Of a DNA stretch of 64,000 nucleotides, positions 12,726-27,530 are shown in pieces. The notes under the pieces were generated by a model, which saw nothing but the letters and a program-made list of their open reading frames with translations, searched no databases and was not told the DNA's origin. The position numbers and the translations under genes were made by a program. Each line of letters starts with the position of its first letter. The first letter of the stretch is position 1. This stretch comes from Piscirickettsiaceae bacterium. GTDB taxonomy: Bacteria; Pseudomonadota; Gammaproteobacteria; Nitrosococcales; Methylophagaceae. The stretch spans positions 92,420-156,419 of the forward strand of contig JABSQM010000002.1 in the NCBI GenBank assembly GCA_013215805.1, in the 5' to 3' direction.

Positions 12726-13025
12726 CTAACTTAATTTACTAAGGAAGTTAATATCATAACCATTAGCTAATGTAACATAAGATTTTTTCCAATTACTACA
12801 TTTACCTAGAATACGACCTATACGTTTACTCTTCCCTTTAACATTTACAGTAGTCACTGCCAAAACTTTAACATCGAATAGTGTTTCAACAGCGTGCCTA
12901 ATTTCCAGTTTATTAGCACCAGGTAATACTTTAAGTACGACTTGATTATTATTTTTGGCGACCAATGAAGATTTCTCAGCAACAATTGGCCCTATAACAA
13001 TTCTTGTCAAACGTTCTAAATTCAT
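12726..13025 (-). CDS. rplW: 50S ribosomal protein L23
   Basis: 99 aa; L23-like and located between rplD and rplB. Confidence 0.95.
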   Translation of the reverse strand: MNLERLTRIVIGPIVAEKSSLVAKNNNQVVLKVLPGANKLEIRHAVETLFDVKVLAVTTVNVKGKSKRIGRILGKCSNWKKSYVTLANGYDINFLSKLS

Positions 13026-13639
13026 ACTAATACTTCCTCCAACTTACGAATGGAATCTTCACTCATCACTATTTTGTCGAAACGTAAAAGCACGACCGGA
13101 TTCACATTAGCAGAATCGATGGCATAGATATCATATAAATTACGTGATGCTAAATCGATATTGTCCATAAAATTCTCCGTAATAATAAGCACATTTGACA
13201 AACCCAAGAACTTAATTTTACTCAACAGATCCTTAGTCTTGGAGGTATCTAAAACAAACCTATCAACAATGATCAGTCTCTCCTTACGTCTAATCTCGGA
13301 CAAAATTGAACAAATAGCATGACGATACATCTTACGATTAACCTTCTGACTATAATTTCTATTTTTTGAGGCAAATGTCTGACCACCAGAACGCCACAAT
13401 GGGCTTCTTATTGTTCCTGCGCGAGCGCGACCGCTTCCTTTCTGAGAAAAAGGTTTGCGACCACCACCTCTAACTTCAGAACGTGTTTTTTGTGCATGTG
13501 TACCGCTACGTGCAGTGGCAAGATATGCTGTAACAACCTGATGAACTAATGACTCATTATATCTACAGTCTAATAAAGTATCAGAGATACTAATATTTTT
13601 TAAGATATCCCTATTGAACGATTGTAATTTAAGATCCAT
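13022..13639 (-). CDS. rplD: 50S ribosomal protein L4
   Basis: 205 aa, 'RSEVRGGGRKPFSQKGSGRARAGTIRSPLWRSGG'; S10 operon position. Confidence 0.97.
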   Translation of the reverse strand: MDLKLQSFNRDILKNISISDTLLDCRYNESLVHQVVTAYLATARSGTHAQKTRSEVRGGGRKPFSQKGSGRARAGTIRSPLWRSGGQTFASKNRNYSQKVNRKMYRHAICSILSEIRRKERLIIVDRFVLDTSKTKDLLSKIKFLGLSNVLIITENFMDNIDLASRNLYDIYAIDSANVNPVVLLRFDKIVMSEDSIRKLEEVLV

Positions 13640-13651
13640 GTCTTTTCTCTC

Positions 13652-14296
13652 CTAAGAATCCCACTCGGATTTAACAGCAGGTCTAATAGCGACTTCATAG
13701 CCTTTTGCTCCAGGAACCGAACCTTTTATGAATAGTAAATGCCTCTTCATATCCACACGCACAACTAACAAATTTTGTAATGTACATTTTACATTACCCA
13801 TATGACCAGCCATCTTCTTATTTTTAAATACACGGCCAGGTGTCTGACACTGACCAATTGAACCAAGTGCTCTATGAGAAATGGAGTTTCCATGTGTCGC
13901 ATCACCGCCGCGAAAACCGTAACGTTTCATAACACCCGCAAATCCCTTGCCTTTACTAATAGCTGAAACATCAATTGCTTGCCCCACCTCAAATACATCA
14001 ATGTTTATCTCTAAACCCACCTTATACTCAACTACCGAATCAACTGTAAATTCACAAACATTACGGCCAACTGGCAAATTGGCTTTTGCAAAATGACCTA
14101 CTTGTGACCGAGACACTTTGGATAATTTACGCTTGCCAACAGTCACTTGAATAGCGTCGTATCCATCTATCTCAGCTATTTTAAGCTGACTAATGTAATT
14201 TGATTTAACCTCTATGACAGTTACTGCAGTTGACACCCCATCCTCAGTGAAAATGCGTGTCATACCCATCTTAAGACCAATAAGTCCAATAGTCAT
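13652..14296 (-). CDS. rplC: 50S ribosomal protein L3
   Basis: 214 aa, '[17 protein letters not shown]...'; S10 operon position. Confidence 0.97.
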   Translation of the reverse strand: MTIGLIGLKMGMTRIFTEDGVSTAVTVIEVKSNYISQLKIAEIDGYDAIQVTVGKRKLSKVSRSQVGHFAKANLPVGRNVCEFTVDSVVEYKVGLEINIDVFEVGQAIDVSAISKGKGFAGVMKRYGFRGGDATHGNSISHRALGSIGQCQTPGRVFKNKKMAGHMGNVKCTLQNLLVVRVDMKRHLLFIKGSVPGAKGYEVAIRPAVKSEWDS

Positions 14297-14311
14297 TGAT
14301 CTAACTCCCCC

Positions 14312-14626
14312 TTAATTTAATTTGATCTGAACATCTACGCCAGCAGCAAGATCTAACTTCATTAATGCATCCACCGTTTTATCTGTAGGCTCAATAATAT
14401 CCATGAGACGCTTGTGCGTACGAATTTCATATTGGTCACGAGCATCTTTATTAACGTGCGGTGAGATAAGAACCGTGAAGCGCTCTTTTTTCGTAGGCAA
14501 TGGAATTGGCCCATTAACACGTGCACCGGTACGCTTCGCTGTTTCTACGATTTCCTTCGCTGATTGATCCAATAAACGATGATCAAATGATTTAAGCCTA
14601 ATTCTAATTGTTTGGTTTGCAGCCAT
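14312..14626 (-). CDS. rpsJ: 30S ribosomal protein S10
   Basis: 104 aa, '[29 protein letters not shown]'. It begins 5 nt after the tuf stop, so there is no separate S10 leader. Confidence 0.97.
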   Translation of the reverse strand: MAANQTIRIRLKSFDHRLLDQSAKEIVETAKRTGARVNGPIPLPTKKERFTVLISPHVNKDARDQYEIRTHKRLMDIIEPTDKTVDALMKLDLAAGVDVQIKLN

Positions 14627-14631
14627 GATTA

Positions 14632-15822
14632 TTATCCAGTAATTTTACTAACAACACCCGCACCTACTGTGCGACCCCCTTCGCGAATAGCAAAATGTAA
14701 ACCATTTTCCATCGCAATTGGTGCGATTAAAGTTACGTTCATCCTAATGTTATCCCCAGGCATAACCATTTCAACATCTAATGGAAGTTTACATGCTCCC
14801 GTAACGTCTGTTGTACGAAAATAAAATTGAGGACGATATCCATTGAAAAATGGTGTATGACGCCCCCCCTCATCTTTAGATAAGATATACACCTCAGCTT
14901 CAAATTGTGTATGCTGGCTGATTGTACCCGGATGCGCCAATACCTGACCACGACCTACATCCTCACGCTTAATGCCACGCAATAAAACACCCACGTTATC
15001 TCCAGATTGGCCTTCGTCTAACAACTTTCGGAACATCTCCACACCCGTACAAGTAGCTGTTTGTGTGTTTCTTATACCGACAATTACTAACTCCTCACCT
15101 ATTTTTACAATCCCACGTTCAATTCGACCAGTTACTACTGTACCACGACCTGAAATTGAGAACACATCCTCGATGGGCATTAAAAATCCACCATCTATCG
15201 CACGTTTTGGTTCTGGAAAATAACTATCCATTGCTTCTCCAAGCCTCAGGATTGATGGTACACCAATATCACTAGTATCACCCTCTAATGCTTTTAGTGC
15301 ACTGCCAACCACGATAGGTGTATCGTCACCAGGGAAGTCATACTTGTCCAATAGCTCACGCACTTCCATTTCGACTAGCTCAATGAGCTCTTCATCATCG
15401 ACCATGTCTACTTTATTTAAAAAAACTATTATATAAGGCACACCCACTTGGCGCGATAATAATATATGTTCACGTGTTTGTGGCATAGGACCATCAGCAG
15501 CATTGACGACCAAAATGGCACCATCCATTTGTGCAGCACCCGTAATCATATTTTTGATATAATCAGCATGTCCAGGACAATCCACGTGAGCATAGTGACG
15601 ATTCTCTGTTTCATATTCTACGTGTGATGTCGAAATAGTAATGCCGCGCTCTCTTTCCTCAGGAGCATTATCAATATCTGAAAAAGACTTAGCTTCACCA
15701 CCTTGAGATTCAGCCATTACTCTGGTGATAGCTGCTGTCAAAGTAGTTTTACCATGATCAACGTGCCCAATAGTACCCACATTAATGTGGGGTTTAGTTC
15801 TCTTAAATTTCTCTTTAGACAT
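14632..15822 (-). CDS. tufA: Elongation factor Tu (copy downstream of fusA)
   Basis: 396 aa with G motifs 'GHVDHGKTT', 'DCPGH' and 'NKVD'. It occupies the str-operon position after fusA. Confidence 0.98.
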   Translation of the reverse strand: MSKEKFKRTKPHINVGTIGHVDHGKTTLTAAITRVMAESQGGEAKSFSDIDNAPEERERGITISTSHVEYETENRHYAHVDCPGHADYIKNMITGAAQMDGAILVVNAADGPMPQTREHILLSRQVGVPYIIVFLNKVDMVDDEELIELVEMEVRELLDKYDFPGDDTPIVVGSALKALEGDTSDIGVPSILRLGEAMDSYFPEPKRAIDGGFLMPIEDVFSISGRGTVVTGRIERGIVKIGEELVIVGIRNTQTATCTGVEMFRKLLDEGQSGDNVGVLLRGIKREDVGRGQVLAHPGTISQHTQFEAEVYILSKDEGGRHTPFFNGYRPQFYFRTTDVTGACKLPLDVEMVMPGDNIRMNVTLIAPIAMENGLHFAIREGGRTVGAGVVSKITG

Positions 15823-15855
15823 CTTACGCTTACCTCAATAAACCATCATCTATAT

Positions 15856-17958
15856 TTAAAACTTATTTCTGATAACTACAGAATTAGTCAAATTATTTGG
15901 AGTTTCAGCATATCTTACAAACTCCATTGAGTAGGTTGCTCGACCTCGAGTTGTGCTACGCAAATCAGTAGAATAACCAAACATCTCTGCCAATGGAACA
16001 TCAGCTGTAATGACCTTACCACCCGCTGTATCTTCCATTCCTACAATTAAACCACGACGACGATTTAAATCGCCCATTACATCACCCATGTAATCTTCTG
16101 GAGTCACTACTTCAATTTTCATAACTGGCTCCAGCAACACAGGGTCTGCATCTAATGTACCTTTCCTAAAGCCTAATGAACCGGCAACCCTAAACGCCAT
16201 TTCATCTGAATCTATATCATGATAAGAACCATCAAATAATGTAACCTTAACATCTTCAACAGGATAGCCTCCTATTACACCACTTTTCATTTGATCTTGT
16301 ATACCTCTATCGACGGATGAAATATATTCTTCCAGCACCGAACCTCCGATAATGCCATTTTCGAATACATATCCGGCACCGGGCAGCTGAGGCTCTATTC
16401 TTAGCCATACATGCCCATAATGACCTTTGCCTCCGGTTTGGCGGACAAACTTTCCTTCTGCTTCAACCGTTTTACGAATAGTCTCTCGATAAGCTACCTG
16501 AGGTACTCCTATATTTGCATCAACAGCGAATTCACGATTTAGACGATCAATAATAATATCTAAATGCAATTCCCCCATACCAGCAATAATAGTTTGAGCC
16601 GATTCTTTATTAATGGATACTTTAAAAGATGGATCCTCCTTAGTGATCTTGCTGAGAGCGACACTCATTTTTTTTTGTTCAGCCTGTGTTTTAGGCTCTA
16701 TGGCCACAGAGATGACAGGATCTGGAAAATCTATCTTTTCTAAGATAATTAGGTGATGAGGATCACAAAGGGTATCCCCTGTAGTGGTATACTTTAAACC
16801 AATAATAGCAGCGATATCACCAGATCTCACCTCGGTAATTTCCTCTCGACTATTACTATGCATTTGTACTATTCGACCAATGCGCTCCCTCTTGCAGCTA
16901 ACTGAATTATAAATAGTATCACCAGATCTCAGAACACCTGAATATACTCTAAAAAAGGTTAGAGTACCGACAAATGGATCGATAGCAACCTTAAATGCTA
17001 ATGAAGAAAATGGTTGTCCATCATCAGCTACACGTGTGGGTGAACTTTCAATATTATCAAAGACACCTGTCATAGCAGGTACATCCGCAGGAGAAGGCAT
17101 GTACTCAATCACCCCGTCTAACATAGATTGTACACCCTTATTTTTAAAGGCCGAACCGCAAAATACTGGGACAATATGGTTGGACAAAGTTCGAATACGA
17201 ATACCATATTTAATCTCTTCCTCAGAAAGATTACCACCTCCCAAATATTTATTCATTAAATCCTCGCTTGCTTCTGACGCGGCCTCAATTATCAATTCTC
17301 GATATTGTTTGCATTCAGCTAACATCTCAGGGGAGATAACCCTATATTCATAACTTTTCCCTTTATCAAGCTCATTCCAATAAATTGCCTTCATTCTTAC
17401 AAGATCCACAACACCTTCAAATTCATCTTCAGAACCTATCGGTAATTGCATGACGATGGGCATCCCACCCAGACGCTCTTTCATCTGTTTGATGACATTA
17501 GAAAAACATGCCCCTTGCCGATCCATCTTGTTGATGAATGCAATGCGGGGGACATGGTATTTATTAGCCTGACGCCAAACTGTCTCAGATTGAGGCTCTA
17601 CCCCTCCCACAGCACAAAATATAGCAACTGCTCCATCTAAAACTCTTAAAGAACGCTCAACTTCAATTGTAAAATCCACATGACCTGGTGTATCAATAAT
17701 ATTGATGCGATGTTGGTCGAACTGCTTGGACATACCAGACCAAAAACATGTTATAGCAGCAGAGGTGATTGTTATACCACGTTCCTGCTCTTGCTCCATC
17801 CAATCCATAGTTGCAGCACCATCATGGACTTCACCAATCTTGTGGGATATACCGCTATAAAACAACACTCGCTCAGTTGTCGTGGTTTTACCCGCATCAA
17901 TATGAGCCATCATGCCAATATTACGATATCTATTAATAGGTGTACTTCGCGCCACCAT
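15856..17958 (-). CDS. fusA: Elongation factor G
   Basis: 700 aa, '[24 protein letters not shown]', 'DTPGHVDF'; follows rpsG. Confidence 0.98.
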   Translation of the reverse strand: MVARSTPINRYRNIGMMAHIDAGKTTTTERVLFYSGISHKIGEVHDGAATMDWMEQEQERGITITSAAITCFWSGMSKQFDQHRINIIDTPGHVDFTIEVERSLRVLDGAVAIFCAVGGVEPQSETVWRQANKYHVPRIAFINKMDRQGACFSNVIKQMKERLGGMPIVMQLPIGSEDEFEGVVDLVRMKAIYWNELDKGKSYEYRVISPEMLAECKQYRELIIEAASEASEDLMNKYLGGGNLSEEEIKYGIRIRTLSNHIVPVFCGSAFKNKGVQSMLDGVIEYMPSPADVPAMTGVFDNIESSPTRVADDGQPFSSLAFKVAIDPFVGTLTFFRVYSGVLRSGDTIYNSVSCKRERIGRIVQMHSNSREEITEVRSGDIAAIIGLKYTTTGDTLCDPHHLIILEKIDFPDPVISVAIEPKTQAEQKKMSVALSKITKEDPSFKVSINKESAQTIIAGMGELHLDIIIDRLNREFAVDANIGVPQVAYRETIRKTVEAEGKFVRQTGGKGHYGHVWLRIEPQLPGAGYVFENGIIGGSVLEEYISSVDRGIQDQMKSGVIGGYPVEDVKVTLFDGSYHDIDSDEMAFRVAGSLGFRKGTLDADPVLLEPVMKIEVVTPEDYMGDVMGDLNRRRGLIVGMEDTAGGKVITADVPLAEMFGYSTDLRSTTRGRATYSMEFVRYAETPNNLTNSVVIRNKF

Positions 17959-18066
17959 CAGTACTCTTTAATTTAAAATGTTTTTATAAGGATAAGTGGT
18001 ACTTGTATAAGTATACTTCCAGCATATGGTCATAATTAGAATCTCTACATACCTAAAGCTAGACAT

Positions 18067-18537
18067 TTAAAAACGAAAATGAGAAAATGCCTTGTTCGCC
18101 TCTGCCATTCGGTGTGTATCCTCCTTTTTCTTGACCGCAGAACCTTTGCCATCAGACGCATCAACTATTTCTCCAGCAAGGCGCATACCCATAGATTTTT
18201 CGCTACGTTTACGTGCAAATTCAACTAGCCAACGCATCCCCAAAGCTACACGACGCTCTGCACGAACCTCAACTGGAATCTGGTATGTTGCACCTCCCAC
18301 ACGACGAGACTTAACCTCGACTATCGGACTAATATTCTCGATTGCTTTCTGAAAAATATCCAGGCCATTGGTACTTCTAGCCTTCCCTGCAGCAGCCAGC
18401 GCCCCATAAGTTATGCTTTCAGCAACAGATTTCTTACCGTCTTTCATGATTATATTTATAAATTTTGCCAATTTAACATTTGAAAATTTTGGATCTGGTA
18501 AAATTTTACGTTTAGTAATAATCTTTCGTCTTGGCAT
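18067..18537 (-). CDS. rpsG: 30S ribosomal protein S7
   Basis: The track ORF is 203 aa. I place the start at the ATG at 18537, giving the 156-aa '[20 protein letters not shown]...', the canonical S7 N-terminus. The upstream extension overlaps rpsL and is not S7-like. Confidence 0.95.
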   Translation of the reverse strand: MPRRKIITKRKILPDPKFSNVKLAKFINIIMKDGKKSVAESITYGALAAAGKARSTNGLDIFQKAIENISPIVEVKSRRVGGATYQIPVEVRAERRVALGMRWLVEFARKRSEKSMGMRLAGEIVDASDGKGSAVKKKEDTHRMAEANKAFSHFRF

Positions 18538-18577
18538 GTATTCACCTGCATTATTATTATTTTTAAGATGGTCAGTT

Positions 18578-18952
18578 TTAGTTTTTTGGACGCTTTGCGC
18601 CATACTTAGAACGACCTTGACGACGTTCAGAAACACCAGATGTATCGAATGCACCGCGAACAGTATGGTAACGAACACCCGGTAAATCCTTCACACGACC
18701 ACCACGAATGAGCACAACAGAGTGCTCTTGAAGATTATGGCCTTCACCACTAATATACGATGTTACTTCAAAACCATTAGTTAAGCGAACACGAGCAACT
18801 TTGCGCATAGCTGAGTTCGGCTTTTTAGGTGTAGTTGTATACACACGCGTACAAACTCCGCGTCGTTGCGGACATGCTTGCAGCGCCGGTACATTATTCT
18901 TTTTCTTTTGTTTTACTCTAGATTTACGAACTAACTGATTTATTGTTGTCAT
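18578..18952 (-). CDS. rpsL: 30S ribosomal protein S12
   Basis: 124 aa, '[12 protein letters not shown]...[27 protein letters not shown]'; first gene of the str operon. Confidence 0.98.
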   Translation of the reverse strand: MTTINQLVRKSRVKQKKKNNVPALQACPQRRGVCTRVYTTTPKKPNSAMRKVARVRLTNGFEVTSYISGEGHNLQEHSVVLIRGGRVKDLPGVRYHTVRGAFDTSGVSERRQGRSKYGAKRPKN

Positions 18953-19040
18953 TAATACAACCCTAATATTATGATAATAGCCGATAAAACTGCCGTTCCT
19001 ACATTAATACCCAGTACTTAACCTAGAAAAGAAAGGCGAG

Positions 19041-19068
19041 TCTATAACTCAAATAGGTATTTAGTCAA
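19041..19068 (-). promoter_or_regulatory. Candidate str-operon (rpsL) promoter
   Basis: The minus strand reads TTGACT (revcomp of 19063-19068), a 16-nt spacer, then TATAGA (revcomp of 19041-19046). It lies in the 169-nt rpoC-rpsL spacer and leaves a leader of about 80 nt. Confidence 0.4.
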
Positions 19069-19121
19069 TATTTTTCTATACATTTATGAATCTTCCTGAA
19101 ATTCATCATCAATATACGCCA

Positions 19122-22100
19122 CTAATCAGTCTCTGAAAGAAATTTTTTATTTTTCGCATCCAAGTTACCCTTATGACGTTTACGATAGCGCTCTTTATGA
19201 TATGCTAGACCCGTACCAGCAGGTATGAGTCGTCCTACAATAACATTTTCTTTCAATCCGCGTAGACTATCACGCTTACCGGTCACTGCAGCGTCAGTTA
19301 ATACTCGTGTGGTTTCTTGAAATGATGCGGCTGAAATAAATGACTCCGTCGCTAAAGATGCTTTGGTAATACCCAGCAACATAGGAATAAAAGTCGCTTC
19401 TAATTTATCTTCAGCACGAACAACATCATTCTTGTCCAAGAGTTTATCATATTCAACCTGCTCGCCTCTCAAAAATTCCGAATCTCCCACAGATTGAATC
19501 TCTACTCTACGTAACATTTGACGAACAATGACTTCGATATGCTTATCATTAATTTTCACCCCCTGCAAACGATAAACCTCCTGCACCTCACTAACCATGT
19601 AATTTGCTAGGGCTAATATACCTTTCAGACGTAAGATATCATGAGGATCCTCCGGACCATCGACAATCATTTCACCTTTTTCAATATGCTCACCTTCAAA
19701 CACTGAGACATGACGCCATTTAGGAATAAGTGCTTCGTGAACATCGCCTTCCTTAGGTGTAATAAACAAACGTTGCTTACCCTTAGTTTCCTTACCAAAA
19801 CTAATAGTTCCACTGATTTCTGCCATTAGCGCCGGATCCTTAGGCTTACGAGCCTCAAATAGATCGGCCACTCGAGGCAGACCTCCAGTAATGTCACGAG
19901 TTTTGCTACTTTCCTGCGGAATACGCGCTAACACTTCGCCTATACCTATTTTCAAGCCATCAGTTACACTAACTATCGCACCGCCTGGTAAGAAATACTG
20001 TGCTGGAATATCTGTACCAATAATAAATAAGTCTTTGCCGTTATCATCAACTAATTTAACCATCGGTCTCACATCTTTGTATACAGCATTACGCTGGTTA
20101 GGATCACGCACTATCATGCTTGTAAGTCCAGTAACTTCATCTACTTGCTTATCAACAGTTATACCTTCAACCAGATCTTTCAATTGAACATGACCTGCAA
20201 CTTCTGTGACAACTGGATGAGTATGTGGCTCCCAAGTGGCAATCACCTGACCTGCATCAACTGAATCATTATCGCCAACACTAATTTCGGAACCATAAGG
20301 CACCTTATAACGCTCACGTTCACGACCATTTTCATCAATTAAATGCAATTCACCCGAACGAGATACAGCAATAAACTTACCGCTCTCATGACGTACTGAT
20401 TTCATGTTATGAAAACGAATTGTACCTTTGTATTTCAAACTTACCGCATTATCTGCAGCCGTACGAGACGCAGCACCACCGATATGAAAAGTACGCATTG
20501 TTAACTGCGTACCAGGTTCACCAATAGATTGAGCCGCAACAACACCCACTGCCTCACCTGAATTAATAATATGACCACGACCTAAATCACGACCATAGCA
20601 TGCAGAACAGACACCATAGCGGGATTCACAGGTAACTGTCGATCGTACTAATATTTCATCAATACCCTCCTCCTCCAATCGAATTACCATGCCCTCATCT
20701 ACCATTGTACCAGCAGTAACAATGGCCTTACTGCCATCAATCTTCATTACATCAACGGCTACAACTCTGCCCAATACTCGTTCACCTAGAGGTTCAACTA
20801 CATCTCCACCTTCAATGATCGGTGACATGATAATGCCCCTCACGGTATGGCAATTTTCTTCAATAACAACTAAATCTTGAGCCACATCTACTAAACGTCG
20901 GGTTAAATAACCTGAATTCGCAGTTTTAAGAGCAGTATCAGCAAGACCTTTACGAGCCCCATGAGTAGAGATGAAGTACTGGAGTACATCAAGCCCCTCA
21001 CGAAAATTAGCGGTAATTGGTGTTTCGATAATAGAGCCATCTGGCTTAGCCATTAAGCCACGCATACCAGCTAATTGGCGTATTTGAGCAGCAGATCCCC
21101 TAGCACCTGAATCGGCCATCATGTAAATAGAGTTCATTGATACTTGCTTAACCTCATTACCCTCTGCATCAATAACAGTATCAGTACCGAGGCCGTCCAT
21201 CATCGCCTTAGCCACTTGGTCATTAGTGCGAGACCAAATATCGATGATCTTATTATAACGCTCCCCATCGGTAACCAAGCCAGATGCATATTGTGTAGCA
21301 ATCTCCTCAACCTCGGCCTCAGCTATAGACAATATTTTAGATTTTTCAGCAGGGATAACCATATCGTTGATACCCACAGATACTCCGGACATGGTCGCAT
21401 AGGTAAAGCCTAGATACATCAATTGGTCGGCAAAAATAACAGTATCTTTCAATCCCATTCGACGGTAAGAAATATTAACTAACTCCGCAATAGCCTTTTT
21501 ATTTAATTCACGATCTACAACAGAAAATGATAACCCCTTTGGTAATATACCCGATACGATCGCACGACCGACGGTCGTATTTACTCTAATAATTTTATTT
21601 TGCTCTGATGCTGGCAGGCTATTATCAGTCTCATTTAAACGAACAGTAATTTTAGCATGTAAAGATACCTCATCATTATCAAAGGAACGCTTCAATTCAG
21701 ATAAATCAGCAAATTTGCTGCCCTCACCCTTAACATTGACCAGCTCACGCGTCATGTAATACAGACCCAGAACCACATCTTGAGATGGAATAATAACCGG
21801 ATCACCATTGGCTGGTGACAAAATATTATTGGTGGCCATCATTAAGGATCTTGCCTCCAATTGCGCCTCAATTGATAATGGGACATGAACAGCCATTTGG
21901 TCTCCATCAAAATCTGCATTGAACGCACCGCAAACTAGAGGGTGCAATTGAATTGCTTTGCCTTCAATTAGTAATGGTTCAAAAGCCTGAATACCCAATC
22001 TATGTAATGTAGGTGCACGATTAAGCATAACCGGATGTTCATGAATCACGTCCTCAAGAATATCCCAAACTTCAGGTCCCTCACGTTCCACTATTTTTTT

Positions 22101-23291
22101 AGCAGATTTAATAGTTGATGCTAAACCAGCGCTCTCTAATTTACCATAAACAAATGGCTTAAATAACTCTAAAGCCATTTTCTTAGGCAAGCCACATTCA
22201 TGCAATTTAAGATAAGGACCCACTACAATCACTGATCTACCAGAGTAATCAACACGCTTACCCAATAAGTTTTGGCGAAAACGACCTTGCTTGCCCTTAA
22301 TCATATCGGCCAATGATTTTAGTGGCATACGATTGGTGCCTATTATAGCTCGACCACGACGACCATTATCCAGTAATGCATCAACTGATTCCTGCAACAT
22401 ACGCTTTTCATTACGAATAATGATGTCAGGCGCATTAAGATCCAACAACCGCTTTAAACGGTTATTACGATTAATAACACGGCGATATAAATCATTTAAA
22501 TCAGAGGTCGCAAAACGCCCCCCATCTAACGGTACCAAAGGACGCAAATCGGGAGATAATACCGGCAATACTTCCATAACCATCCACTCAGGTTTATTGC
22601 CAGATTCCTTAAAAGCTTCCATTAATTTCAAGCGTTTTGTTAATTTTTTAATCTTGGTTTCCGAATTAGTAGAGTCGATATTTTCACGAATGACCTCAAT
22701 TTCCTTTACAACATCAATATTACGTAATAACTGCTGAATAGCCTCAGCACCCATACGGGCATCGAAGTCATCACCATAATCCTCAACCGCCTGAAGCAAT
22801 GTATCATCAGATAGTAAATGTCCTATCCCCAAGGGGGTCATACCAGGATCCACAACTATAAATGCCTCAAAATATAACACCCGTTCAATATCACGTAGGG
22901 TCATATCTAAGAATAATGAAATACGAGAAGGTAAGGATTTTAAAAACCAAATATGTGCAACAGGGCTAGCCAGTTCTATATGACCCATACGCTCACGACG
23001 TACTTTAGCAACTGTAACTTCCACTCCACATTTTTCACATATTACGCCACGATGCTTTAGTCTCTTATATTTGCCGCAGAGACATTCATAATCTTTAACA
23101 GGTCCAAATAATTTACAACAAAATAAACCGTCGCGCTCAGGCTTAAACGTTCGGTAGTTAATAGTTTCCGGTTTTTTTACCTCGCCAAATGACCAAGATC
23201 TCACCATCTTTGGTGATGCTAAACTAATTCTAATAGCATCAAATTCCTCAGGTTCAGATTGTTGTTTCAACGAATTCAGTAAATCTTTCAT
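19122..23291 (-). CDS. rpoC: DNA-directed RNA polymerase subunit beta'
   Basis: 1389 aa with the catalytic motif '[12 protein letters not shown]' and N-terminal zinc-binding Cys residues '[20 protein letters not shown]'. Confidence 0.98.
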   Translation of the reverse strand: MKDLLNSLKQQSEPEEFDAIRISLASPKMVRSWSFGEVKKPETINYRTFKPERDGLFCCKLFGPVKDYECLCGKYKRLKHRGVICEKCGVEVTVAKVRRERMGHIELASPVAHIWFLKSLPSRISLFLDMTLRDIERVLYFEAFIVVDPGMTPLGIGHLLSDDTLLQAVEDYGDDFDARMGAEAIQQLLRNIDVVKEIEVIRENIDSTNSETKIKKLTKRLKLMEAFKESGNKPEWMVMEVLPVLSPDLRPLVPLDGGRFATSDLNDLYRRVINRNNRLKRLLDLNAPDIIIRNEKRMLQESVDALLDNGRRGRAIIGTNRMPLKSLADMIKGKQGRFRQNLLGKRVDYSGRSVIVVGPYLKLHECGLPKKMALELFKPFVYGKLESAGLASTIKSAKKIVEREGPEVWDILEDVIHEHPVMLNRAPTLHRLGIQAFEPLLIEGKAIQLHPLVCGAFNADFDGDQMAVHVPLSIEAQLEARSLMMATNNILSPANGDPVIIPSQDVVLGLYYMTRELVNVKGEGSKFADLSELKRSFDNDEVSLHAKITVRLNETDNSLPASEQNKIIRVNTTVGRAIVSGILPKGLSFSVVDRELNKKAIAELVNISYRRMGLKDTVIFADQLMYLGFTYATMSGVSVGINDMVIPAEKSKILSIAEAEVEEIATQYASGLVTDGERYNKIIDIWSRTNDQVAKAMMDGLGTDTVIDAEGNEVKQVSMNSIYMMADSGARGSAAQIRQLAGMRGLMAKPDGSIIETPITANFREGLDVLQYFISTHGARKGLADTALKTANSGYLTRRLVDVAQDLVVIEENCHTVRGIIMSPIIEGGDVVEPLGERVLGRVVAVDVMKIDGSKAIVTAGTMVDEGMVIRLEEEGIDEILVRSTVTCESRYGVCSACYGRDLGRGHIINSGEAVGVVAAQSIGEPGTQLTMRTFHIGGAASRTAADNAVSLKYKGTIRFHNMKSVRHESGKFIAVSRSGELHLIDENGRERERYKVPYGSEISVGDNDSVDAGQVIATWEPHTHPVVTEVAGHVQLKDLVEGITVDKQVDEVTGLTSMIVRDPNQRNAVYKDVRPMVKLVDDNGKDLFIIGTDIPAQYFLPGGAIVSVTDGLKIGIGEVLARIPQESSKTRDITGGLPRVADLFEARKPKDPALMAEISGTISFGKETKGKQRLFITPKEGDVHEALIPKWRHVSVFEGEHIEKGEMIVDGPEDPHDILRLKGILALANYMVSEVQEVYRLQGVKINDKHIEVIVRQMLRRVEIQSVGDSEFLRGEQVEYDKLLDKNDVVRAEDKLEATFIPMLLGITKASLATESFISAASFQETTRVLTDAAVTGKRDSLRGLKENVIVGRLIPAGTGLAYHKERYRKRHKGNLDAKNKKFLSETD

Positions 23292-23360
23292 GTTTTTATC
23301 TCCGCTAACGTGGAACGGCTAAATATGCCATTTATTGACAAGTATTGTCCTAAATTTTGC

Positions 23361-26300
23361 TTAGTCATTTACCAAATCAATATCGATGCCTAAAGATCTA
23401 ATTTCACGTGTTAATACCTTGAAAGATTCAGGCATACCCGCATCCATACGATAATCATTATCTACAATATTTTTGTAGATACGTGTACGGCCAGTCACAT
23501 CGTCAGATTTTACCGTTAACATTTCTTGTAACGTATAGGCAGCGCCATATGCCTCTAAGGCCCATACCTCCATTTCGCCAAAACGCTGCCCACCAAATTG
23601 CGCTTTACCACCCAAAGGCTGTTGTGTAACCAAACTATAGGGCCCAGTTGAACGAGCATGCATCTTATCATCGACCAAATGGTTAAGCTTTAACATATGC
23701 ATATAACCTACAGTAATTGGACGGTGAAAAAAGTCACCGGTACGACCATCAATTAATTTGGTTTGGCCACTGCGAGGTAAGCCCGCAAGTTCAAGCATAT
23801 CCTTAATTTCATTCTCATGTGCACCATCAAATACTGGTGTAGCCATTGGAACACCTTGCCTTAAATTACCAGCCATTTCAATAATCTCTTCATCTGAAAG
23901 AGCATTTAAATCTTCCTGCTTACCACTAGAATTATAAACCTTTTCCAAAAAATTGCGCAATTCTGCTATATCAAATTGTCCATCCAATATCTCAGCGATT
24001 TTATTGCCCAAACCTTTAGCTGCCCAACCTAAATGTATTTCAAGAACCTGCCCAATATTCATGCGAGAAGGTACGCCCAATGGATTCAGCACAATATCTA
24101 CTGATCGACCATCCTCAGTATATGGCATATCTTCAACAGGAACAATATTCGAAATCACACCTTTGTTGCCATGACGACCTGCCATTTTATCCCCAGGCTG
24201 AATGCGGCGTCTTATCGCTAAAAAAACTTTCACCATACGCTGTACACCTGGTGCAAGATCATGTCCCGAAATCAATTTCTTCTTCCTGATCTTAAAGGCA
24301 TCGTCCATTTCTTGACGATACTGAATAATTTGAGTATGCGCCTGCTCTAATTGCACATTTAAAGCCTCAGACTCCATCCTAATGTCGAACCATTTTGAAT
24401 TATCCAAGTTTCGTAAATATGCCTCAACAATTTTAGAACCCACAACTAATCCAGGTGCTTTTATAACAGCTTTACCATTCAACACTCTTTCCAAACGAGC
24501 AAATACATCATTAACAATGATGCGATGTTGAGCTTTTAAATCGGCCCTAATACGTTCTAATTCAGCTTTTTCAATTAATAAAGTACGTTCATCCTTTTCA
24601 ACACCATCACGTGTGAATACCTGAACATCAATAACCGTTCCAAACGTACCTGATGATACACGTAAAGATGAATCCTTAATGTCTGCTGCCTTCTCACCAA
24701 AAATGGCACGAAGCAACTTCTCCTCGGGGGTAAGTTGAGTTTCACCCTTTGGTGTCACTTTACCAACCAAAATATCTCCAGGGGTAACCTCTGCGCCGAT
24801 GTAGATGATACCTGATTCATCTAACTTAGATAATGCGCTTTCACTAACATTAGGTATGTCGCTAGTAATCTCCTCCGTACCTAACTTAGTATCACGAGCT
24901 AAACAGTTAAACTCCTGAATATGTATAGTAGTAAATCTATCCTCCTGTACTACACGTTCAGACACCAAAATTGAATCTTCAAAGTTATAACCATTCCAAG
25001 GCATGAATGCAACCAAAATATTTTGCCCCAAGGCCAATTCACCTTTATCAGTAGATGGGCCATCTGCTAATACGTCATTTTTAGCGACCATATCACCAGG
25101 TTTAACGACTGGACGCTGATTAATACAAGTACTTTGATTTGAACGAGCATACTTGATTAGATTATATATATCAACACCAGAGCTCACATCATCAGCTTCG
25201 TTATCGTTAATGCGAATTACTATACGACTAGCATCCACTGAATCAACTACACCACCCCTACGGGCTGAAACCATTACACCAGAGTCTTGAGCAACTACAC
25301 GTTCCATACCTGTGCCAACAAAAGGCTTCTCAGCACGTAATGTTGGTACAGCCTGGCGCTGCATATTAGAACCCATTAAAGCACGATTAGCATCATCATG
25401 CTCTAAAAATGGGATCAATGACGCCGCTACTGATACCACTTGGCGTGGAGATACATCCATTAATTGAACTTGATCGGCGATCATTAACGAGAATTCATTA
25501 CGGTATCGACAAGGTACCATAGTATCTTGAATTTCATTTTTGTCGTTCAAACTGATAGTCGCCTGAGCAATCTTATAATCACCTTCATCAATGGCAGATA
25601 GATATAAGATATCTGTTGTTGCTTTCCTGTTAACTACCCTACGATATGGAGTCTCAATGAAACCATATTCATTAGTACGTGCATAAACAGCCAAGGAATT
25701 TATCAAACCAATATTAGGTCCTTCTGGAGTTTCAATTGGACATACTCGGCCATAATGTGTGGGATGTACGTCACGCACCTCGAAGCCAGCACGTTCGCGC
25801 GTCAATCCACCAGGCCCCAAAGCCGAAACACGACGTTTATGGGTCACTTCAGACAATGGGTTATTTTGATCCATAAACTGTGATAACTGACTAGAACCGA
25901 AAAACTCTTTGATAGCGGCAGCTACAGGTTTAGCATTAATTAACTGTTGAGGCATTAAACCTTCGGACTCAGCAATACTCAAACGTTCCCTAACAGCACG
26001 CTCCACACGAACCAAACCTATACGAAATTGATTTTCCGCCATCTCGCCAACGCTACGTACACGGCGATTCCCAAGATGATCTATATCATCAACTATACCG
26101 TGACCATCACGAATTGAAATCAATTCACTCAGTACATCAAGGATATCTTTTTTAGATAAGGTACCTTCCCCTTCCAATTCTTTACGACCTAGACGTCGAT
26201 TAAACTTCATCCGGCCTACACTTGAAAGATCATAACGATCACTTACAAAAAATAGGTTCTTAAATAAATTTGCAGCGGCATCTTCTGTTGGCGGCTCACC

Positions 26301-27428
26301 TGGACGCATCATGCGATAAATTTCCATTTTAGCCTCTAAGGTAGAAGTTGTGTTATCCAAATTCATTGTATCTGAAATATATCCACCCTTATCTAAGTCA
26401 TTCGAATAAATAGTCTCAACCGAAGAAATTTCAAAGAGTTCAAACATTTCTTCTGTAATTTCATTATTAGCAAAAATAACGACTTCACCACTATCCGTAT
26501 CGATAATATCTTTTGCAATAACCCTACCCACTAAATAACTCAAAGGAACGGTCAATGTACTCATTTTAGCTCTTTCCATCCGTCTAATATGGCGAGCTGT
26601 TACCTGACGATCAGCTTCTACTATCAATGTGCCATCCGCTGCCGCAACATCGAATGGTAACGATTGACCACGTAGACGCTTAGGCTCGAGAGCCAACTCA
26701 AATTCATTACCTTTCTTAGTGAAAACATCAAAATCAAAAAACGCATCTAAGATTTCTTCATTTGAATACTCTAATGCACGTAAAAATACCGTTGCCGGTA
26801 GTTTACGACGGCGATCAATACGCACGAATACAGAATCTTTCGGGTCAAATTCAAAATCCAGCCATGAACCACGATAAGGAATAATACGTGCATTAAACAA
26901 GATCTTACCCGACGAGTGTGTCTTACCCTTATCGCTATCGAAAAATACACCTGGAGATCGATGTAGTTGAGACACAATTACACGTTCTGTGCCATTGATA
27001 ACAAAGTTGCCTTTTTCAGCCATCAATGGAATCTCTCCCATATAAACCTCTTGCTCTTTGATATCCTTTACTAATTTTAATTTTGCAGGAGCTTCCTTAT
27101 CATAGATAACAAGACGCATTTTTACTTTTAATGGTGCAGCATAAGTGATGCCACGCAATTGACATTCTTTAACTTCAAATGCTGGAGTGCCAAGGCGGTA
27201 GCTAACATATTGCAGTTCGGCCATGCCAGTATGGCTTTTGATGGGGAATACTGAATCAAATGCCACGTGCAAGCCTTTTGCAACACGATCACCCACAGGA
27301 ATTCCTTGTTGCAAAAAGTCCTGATAAGAGTCTACTTGTGTCGCAAGCAAATTAGGGACAGCTAAGACACTTGGACGTTTTCCAAAATCTTTACGAATTC
27401 TTTTCTTCTCGGTAAACGTATAAGCCAT
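23361..27428 (-). CDS. rpoB: DNA-directed RNA polymerase subunit beta
   Basis: 1355 aa. The rifampicin-resistance-determining segment reads '[32 protein letters not shown]', which is wild-type-like. Confidence 0.98.
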   Translation of the reverse strand: MAYTFTEKKRIRKDFGKRPSVLAVPNLLATQVDSYQDFLQQGIPVGDRVAKGLHVAFDSVFPIKSHTGMAELQYVSYRLGTPAFEVKECQLRGITYAAPLKVKMRLVIYDKEAPAKLKLVKDIKEQEVYMGEIPLMAEKGNFVINGTERVIVSQLHRSPGVFFDSDKGKTHSSGKILFNARIIPYRGSWLDFEFDPKDSVFVRIDRRRKLPATVFLRALEYSNEEILDAFFDFDVFTKKGNEFELALEPKRLRGQSLPFDVAAADGTLIVEADRQVTARHIRRMERAKMSTLTVPLSYLVGRVIAKDIIDTDSGEVVIFANNEITEEMFELFEISSVETIYSNDLDKGGYISDTMNLDNTTSTLEAKMEIYRMMRPGEPPTEDAAANLFKNLFFVSDRYDLSSVGRMKFNRRLGRKELEGEGTLSKKDILDVLSELISIRDGHGIVDDIDHLGNRRVRSVGEMAENQFRIGLVRVERAVRERLSIAESEGLMPQQLINAKPVAAAIKEFFGSSQLSQFMDQNNPLSEVTHKRRVSALGPGGLTRERAGFEVRDVHPTHYGRVCPIETPEGPNIGLINSLAVYARTNEYGFIETPYRRVVNRKATTDILYLSAIDEGDYKIAQATISLNDKNEIQDTMVPCRYRNEFSLMIADQVQLMDVSPRQVVSVAASLIPFLEHDDANRALMGSNMQRQAVPTLRAEKPFVGTGMERVVAQDSGVMVSARRGGVVDSVDASRIVIRINDNEADDVSSGVDIYNLIKYARSNQSTCINQRPVVKPGDMVAKNDVLADGPSTDKGELALGQNILVAFMPWNGYNFEDSILVSERVVQEDRFTTIHIQEFNCLARDTKLGTEEITSDIPNVSESALSKLDESGIIYIGAEVTPGDILVGKVTPKGETQLTPEEKLLRAIFGEKAADIKDSSLRVSSGTFGTVIDVQVFTRDGVEKDERTLLIEKAELERIRADLKAQHRIIVNDVFARLERVLNGKAVIKAPGLVVGSKIVEAYLRNLDNSKWFDIRMESEALNVQLEQAHTQIIQYRQEMDDAFKIRKKKLISGHDLAPGVQRMVKVFLAIRRRIQPGDKMAGRHGNKGVISNIVPVEDMPYTEDGRSVDIVLNPLGVPSRMNIGQVLEIHLGWAAKGLGNKIAEILDGQFDIAELRNFLEKVYNSSGKQEDLNALSDEEIIEMAGNLRQGVPMATPVFDGAHENEIKDMLELAGLPRSGQTKLIDGRTGDFFHRPITVGYMHMLKLNHLVDDKMHARSTGPYSLVTQQPLGGKAQFGGQRFGEMEVWALEAYGAAYTLQEMLTVKSDDVTGRTRIYKNIVDNDYRMDAGMPESFKVLTREIRSLGIDIDLVND

Positions 27429-27530
27429 TTATGACACCTCAAAGTCATCCTGATTCTACATCATAGTAAAAACTAGGAATTGTAATATTAGTATTTGGTA
27501 ACCCAAAAATCTTTGATTGGCTAGTAACAG

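Noticed and set aside
18538-18678. N-terminal extensions of track ORFs: rpsG 18538-18678, rpoA 2505-2570, nusG 30517-30558, secD 41789-41818 and pyrF 43274-43285.
   Set aside because: The extensions overlap upstream genes or add residues absent from the families. Internal ATG codons give canonical N-termini.
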